Source of the DNA: an uncultured delta proteobacterium
GTDB taxonomy: Bacteria > Myxococcota_A > Polyangia > Polyangiales > B10-G4
DNA: 64,000 bases
NCBI GenBank assembly: GCA_963727445.1
Contig: CAVSGI010000027.1
Coordinates: 32,001-96,000 of the forward strand
Direction of reading: 5' to 3'
Shown here: piece after piece, positions 59,455 to 64,000 of the stretch
How the letters are laid out: every line of letters starts with the position of its first letter
Numbering within the stretch: position 1 is the stretch's first letter
Made by a program: the position numbers and the translations under genes
Notes under the pieces: model-generated
Database searches by the model: none
The model's input: the letters and a program-made list of their open reading frames with translations, nothing else
What the model was told of the DNA's origin: nothing

Positions 59455-62090
59455 AGAAGATCGGGTTGGTCACACCGAAGGGCAGCCGGGTCGGATGCAC
59501 CGGGGCGAGGTCGTCGGTCCCGTCCGCGACGAAGACCACCCAGCTCCCGGCGGGCGCGACGGATATCTCGATGTCCTGCGACAAGCGCGTCGTCGGCTCC
59601 ATGGGATCGCGCGTCGTCTCGTCGAGGGTGATGGTCTCGGTCATCACGCCGTCGACGAAGACCCGCAGGCGGTTCGCGTCGATCCAGTTCGCCGCCTGAA
59701 CACGGACGCTCACCGTCTCGCGATCCATCGCCCCCATCACGTCACCGCCCGGCCCGACGTCGCCACGCGCCAGCGCGTCGACGTAGATGCCGCCGCTGAC
59801 AGTCACGTGTCCGTCCCTCACCTGATCGCGCACCACGGTGGCGCCCATCGCGCGGAGCGTCGCCGGCTCGTCGGTGCCCAGCTGCACGCAGGTGCGCGGA
59901 TAGCCCACCGGCGAGCTCGTGATGCGGTGGCTGTCGGAGGAGCCGACGGTGAACACCCGGCGGCCCGAGTTCAGGAGCGAAAACCAGTCCATCACCGTGC
60001 TGTCGGTGCCGCCCGTCGGGTCGTAATTCTCGTCGAAGGAGGAATCGTTGAAGACCTCGACGAGGAGAACGGTCGTCCCAGAGTCCGGGCGACTGACCAT
60101 GCCCGTCCGGGGTCGTACCGGCCTGGATGAAGTAGCCGGCGGACCCGCCGCCCGCGGGTGGTTGATGATCAGCGCCGGCGTCCTCGGGCCGCGCCTCGCA
60201 CGTCGTCGAAGACCGCGGGCGCGAGGCCGATCGTACCAGCGAAGGAGCCGCCGTCCGCTCGGAAGCGCGAGCTCTGGCACCAGCGGGAACACGCCGAAGT
60301 GGCCGTAGGTGAAGGTCGTCAGCTCCATGCCGGAGAGCCGAAGCGAAGTCGGCGAGGCCAGAGCGACTCGATCGACGGGCTGGAAGTCGTTCACCAACTC
60401 GTGATCGGTCCGAATCGGGATCTCCAGGCCGTCGGCGACCAGCGCGAGGACCTTGAAGGTGCCGGTGTCGGCCGAGTCGAGCGAGCGGTGGGTGTGGATG
60501 TGGAAGTCGGCGCACATCACGTCGGTGGTGTCGACCACCCGCGCCAGGGCGGCATCGACGTTGACGGTCTCCCCCTCTCCAACCATCACGTCGACCGACA
60601 CCACCTCGTACTCGTAGCCGCGGCTCACCACCACCGTCTGCATCCCGGCGCCGACCAGCAACGACGCGTGACCGTCCGCCGGGCTCACGATGTGGGTTCG
60701 CCCCGTTCGAAGCTTCCGCTCACCGAAGCGGTTCGGCGGCGCGTCGATGGCCGGCGAGGGCAAGACCTGGATGCGTGCAGGAAGGGACTCGCCGCTCACC
60801 ATGTCTCGCGCGTTGATCTCCAACGTGCCGACCGGACCCATCGTGATATCCGCGGTGTCGGTGGCGGCCGCCACCGCCGTCGGCCCGACCATCGGCTGCC
60901 CGCGCCGGAAGGCGGTGAGGTTCACGTCCTCTTCGGGGACGTGGAGCGTGAAGGTGCCGTCCTCGCCGCTGGTGGTCCGGGTGTAATAGGTCCCATCGGC
61001 CAGGTCGGCGTGGACCCGCACGCCCGGCGCGGGCGTGGTGCCGTCGTTTTCGTAGACCGTCCCGGTGATGGTGCGCTGGGTCTCGCCGTCGGTACGGGCC
61101 ATCGCCGACCGAAGCCCATCGAGGCCCGGACCACCGACGTCGAAGCGGCCCATCTCGACCGTCGTCTGGCTACACGCCTCGATCCGGTAGGGCGGGACCT
61201 TGAGCACGACCGTGCCCGACACCTGAAGGAGCACCTCGAGGGGCCCATCGGTCTGATAGGCATAGCTGGTGGCGTCGTCGTCGACGAAGCCGAGCCAGTC
61301 GGTGGGCATGGAGTCGTCGAAGTCGAAGCCGCCCAGCGGAGTGACGGCGGGCATGCGCGAGAACTGCATCGACAGGACGATGGGCAGCATCACCGGCGTC
61401 GGGGTCGCGCGTGGAGAGCGGAAGGTGAAGCGCTGCTGCACGGCGTCCGCGTCGGGCTCGAGGATGTAGTCGATGGCCAGCTCGATGTCGCCGTAGTCCT
61501 GTGGCGCGAGCGCGCGACCGAGCTCGTCGATGAAGGGGATGGGCTCGAGGGGTCCCTGTGCGCGCACGATGGCGGCGCCGCCGTCGCTACCGTCGGCGAG
61601 GACCGTGACGGAGGTCGGGTTGATGACGTAGCGACCGACGCCGAAGGAGAATCTCGTTGAAGTCGCCGGCGCGCGTGAGCGCGCCGTCTTCCACGGCGAA
61701 GATGCCGACGAGCGCGCCGCCCCACGGATCGTAGAGCTGGGAGACGCCGGCCTGTTCGATCAGGACCGCGACGTGATCGTTGGCGAGGAGGTAGTCGCCC
61801 GCGTCCCAGGTCTCGAGCCCGCCGGGATTGACCGGAAGGTCCGCTTCGGTCACGCGACCCGCGCGCGCCTCTCCAGGACCCGCGCCCAGGGGCTCGGGGT
61901 GTCCGTCGGGGTCGCCCTCCATCAGAGGGGGGACCGTCGACATGTCGCACATCGGAGGCGGACCGGTGTCGGCGGCGTCCCCGCCGGTGTCGCCGCCGGC
62001 GTCGCCTGGCGGTGTGTCATCGCCGCAGGCTGAGAGGAAGAGGAGGAGGGAGAGGGACGCTGTTACAGCGAAGTGACGGCCAAGCAGCAC
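59444..62090 (-). CDS. Second CehA/McbA-type PHP metallohydrolase lipoprotein, frameshifted
   Basis: LSAC lipobox; ADFHIHTHRSLDS, RTDH, GMELTT..GHFG, INHPR, GSSDSH, TNPIFF; shift near 61645 and local compensating shifts 60060-60370. Confidence 0.8.
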
Positions 62091-62105
62091 GCGCTGAAGT
62101 TAGCA

Positions 62106-62459
62106 CTATTTTCTGCGCCGCGCGTCTCGGACCAGGTTCAGCGGCATCCCGAGGATCTTGCCCAGGATCAGCCCCCCGAGCCCTCCCCCCAGGAGCGGTC
62201 CGAGGATCAGGATCCCCACCATCAAAGGCAGCTCGTAGCCGCCGCTCAGCGCCACCCACACGCTGATGGGCACCGACGCGATGGCGAAGACCTTGTGGAG
62301 GAGCGCCTCCATCCAACCGACGCGATACGGGATGATGGTGCCGCAGAGGTGACCACATCCCGGGCACTTCACCTCGTCGGGCGGCAGGCGAAAGTCCGAA
62401 AGCTCCCCCTTGAGCGGCAGTGCGTGGTTGCACTTCTCGCATCGCGCGGCGCTGAGCAT
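62106..62459 (-). CDS. Small zinc-ribbon membrane protein
   Basis: CEKC and CPGC motifs followed by two TM helices. Confidence 0.6.
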   Translation of the reverse strand: MLSAARCEKCNHALPLKGELSDFRLPPDEVKCPGCGHLCGTIIPYRVGWMEALLHKVFAIASVPISVWVALSGGYELPLMVGILILGPLLGGGLGGLILGKILGMPLNLVRDARRRK

Positions 62460-62469
62460 GCGAGACCTT

Positions 62470-63810
62470 CTAGTCCGATTCTTCCGCGGGTGCAGCCGGA
62501 CGGCCGGGATGGCCCAGGCGCACCTGGGAAAGGTCGCGATAGCGCTCGAAGAGGCGCTCCTGGCGAGAGGTCATCGGCGTCGGCTCGCCCCGGACGAAGA
62601 CGTGTGTCGCCCAGGTCGTGAGCTCGAAGGGGTCGCCGTTCCAGACGACGACGTTCGCCACCTGGCCCGGCGCGAGCTGACCGTGATCGCGGTCCATGCC
62701 GAAGACGCGCGCGGGCTCGACCGTGACCGCGCGCAGGGCCGCGCCCCGGTCCATGCCCCAGGCGACGGCGTTGCCTGCCTCCTGTCGGAGCTGGCGCACG
62801 TCGTGGGCGCCGTGATGCATCGCCGTCGTGAGGATGACGCGCGCCCCGGCCGCCGCGAGGAGCGCGGCGTTGTCGTAGCGGGTGCCGAGCGCCGAGAACG
62901 ACGTCGGGAGATTGGAGAGCGGATGCACCATCACGGGCACATCGGCCGCCGCAATCTCATCGGCGACACGCCACCCCTCTTCGACGCCTGCGAGGACCAG
63001 TCGCAGGCGGTACTGTCGCGCGAGCTCGAGCACGCGCAGGATGTCGGCCGCGCGCGAGACCTTCACCACCACCGGGATCCGGCCAGCCAGCGCTTCGTTC
63101 ACGCGCTCGAGGTCGAGCCGGCTGATGCTCAGCTCCCGAAGCCCCCGACGATCGTAGGCGGCGCGGCTGCGCGCATAGAGGCGTGCGTCCTCGAAGAGCT
63201 CGCGAAGGCGCATCAGCGCGCTCGGCATGGCGCCGCCCGCCGCGGCGACGCCGCTGTCGTTCAGACTCACGTGAAGCGCGGCGTCGGGCCGGGCGATCAT
63301 CTCCGCCGGCGTGTCGCCCCGAAGGTCGAGCCACGCGCTGGTCCCCGGCACCAGCCCGCCGACGGGCGTCGACAGGGCGCTGGTGACGCCGCCCATCCGG
63401 GCGACGGGAATCAACGTCGAGCGGGGATTGAACCCATCGGCCGCGCTGAACGCCGCCCGGACCGGGTCGGCGGGCTCTCCCTCAGTGCTTTCCGGCGCCG
63501 AGTCGCGCGTCGAGTCCTCGGCCCCGATCTCGACGAGCCCGATCGGCGTGCCCGCCGCGACCAGACCCGCCGTCACGATCCCACCCGCCGCGTCGATGCG
63601 CGTCGCGCCCGCGGGCGCCGCGGCGTTCGGCCCGGCGGCGACGATGCGCCCGTCGCGGATCACCACCGTGCCCGCGGCGGGCTCCCCCTCCCCGGTCCAG
63701 AGCAGCCCATTGTCGATCACGTAAACCGATGGCGCGTCGTCCTGGGCGCGCGCGTGCGCGCTCACGAAGGTCATCAGCAGGAGCGAGAGAAGCGGGAGGG
63801 CGCGCCTCAT
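62470..63810 (-). CDS. Exported amidohydrolase-fold protein, probably catalytically degenerate
   Basis: TVVIRDGRIVAAG, RIDAAGGIVTAGL, GQLAPGQVANVVVWNGDPF; HxH motif absent. Confidence 0.82.
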   Translation of the reverse strand: MRRALPLLSLLLMTFVSAHARAQDDAPSVYVIDNGLLWTGEGEPAAGTVVIRDGRIVAAGPNAAAPAGATRIDAAGGIVTAGLVAAGTPIGLVEIGAEDSTRDSAPESTEGEPADPVRAAFSAADGFNPRSTLIPVARMGGVTSALSTPVGGLVPGTSAWLDLRGDTPAEMIARPDAALHVSLNDSGVAAAGGAMPSALMRLRELFEDARLYARSRAAYDRRGLRELSISRLDLERVNEALAGRIPVVVKVSRAADILRVLELARQYRLRLVLAGVEEGWRVADEIAAADVPVMVHPLSNLPTSFSALGTRYDNAALLAAAGARVILTTAMHHGAHDVRQLRQEAGNAVAWGMDRGAALRAVTVEPARVFGMDRDHGQLAPGQVANVVVWNGDPFELTTWATHVFVRGEPTPMTSRQERLFERYRDLSQVRLGHPGRPAAPAEESD

Positions 63811-64000
63811 GGCGTCGCCTCCAAATCGAGGCCGGTCTCGAAATCGGTCGGGGTCGCCTGCGCTCCGTCGCGGCCGCGCTCGTAGACCAGGAGCCCGTCG
63901 ACGTAGACGCGCTCGGCGCGGCTGTAGACCGAGAAGGGAGAGCCCGACCAGACCACGACGTCCGCCATCTTCCCCGTCTCGAGGGTGCCGGTCTCGTCCT
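63807..64000 (-). CDS. Amidohydrolase family protein, C-terminal fragment
   Basis: GTLETGKMADVVVWSGSPFSVYSRAERVYVDG; runs off the window; stop overlaps the next ATG. Confidence 0.8.
   Translation of the reverse strand, partial: DETGTLETGKMADVVVWSGSPFSVYSRAERVYVDGLLVYERGRDGAQATPTDFETGLDLEATP

Overview
High-GC bacterial chromosomal segment whose gene content (PEGA-domain Ser/Thr kinase, DUF4388-J protein, AgmX/PglI-like C-terminal domain, GDLDGD-type pilins, many sigma54 sites) points to Myxococcota, probably a Polyangiales/Sandaracinaceae-like lineage (inference). Many genes, including housekeeping ones (ileS, clpA), contain small frameshifts, most consistent with an unpolished long-read assembly. 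Left to right: 3' end of ileS; NTT/TLC-like transporter-HEAT gene plus a tandem cNMP-binding protein; parvulin-lspA-lgt operon; thioredoxin-like protein, MscS, acyl-CoA dehydrogenase, two enoyl-CoA hydratases; a TMTC-like GT-C glycosyltransferase; a type IV pilin locus (PilR-like activator, four prepilins, two sigma54 promoters, paired TGACG-N5-CGTCA palindromes, a terminator inside the third pilin's leader, an inserted split HTTM-like gene pair, a 161-bp inverted-repeat element, a PilG/XapA-like gene); PEGA kinase; large phosphodiester-glycosidase-like protein; HEAT and beta-propeller/(QQG)26 lipoprotein; metallophosphoesterase; DUF4388-J protein; second TMTC-like gene; TPR protein with a TFIIB-like C-terminus; methyltransferase, GT4, cyclophilin, DUF192; cobA-hemD; clpS-clpA; acyltransferase; beta-barrel + GPH transporter; a porin/PHP-metallohydrolase/His-protein operon; a BPI-like lipoprotein; aat; a second PHP hydrolase; two amidohydrolase-fold genes. 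The best candidate for an undescribed system is the multi-pilin locus with its HTTM-like pair and nearby TMTC-like enzymes, a putative pilin variation/modification system. No rRNA, tRNA, CRISPR array or transposase was seen. Family assignments come from motif recognition by eye, not database searches.
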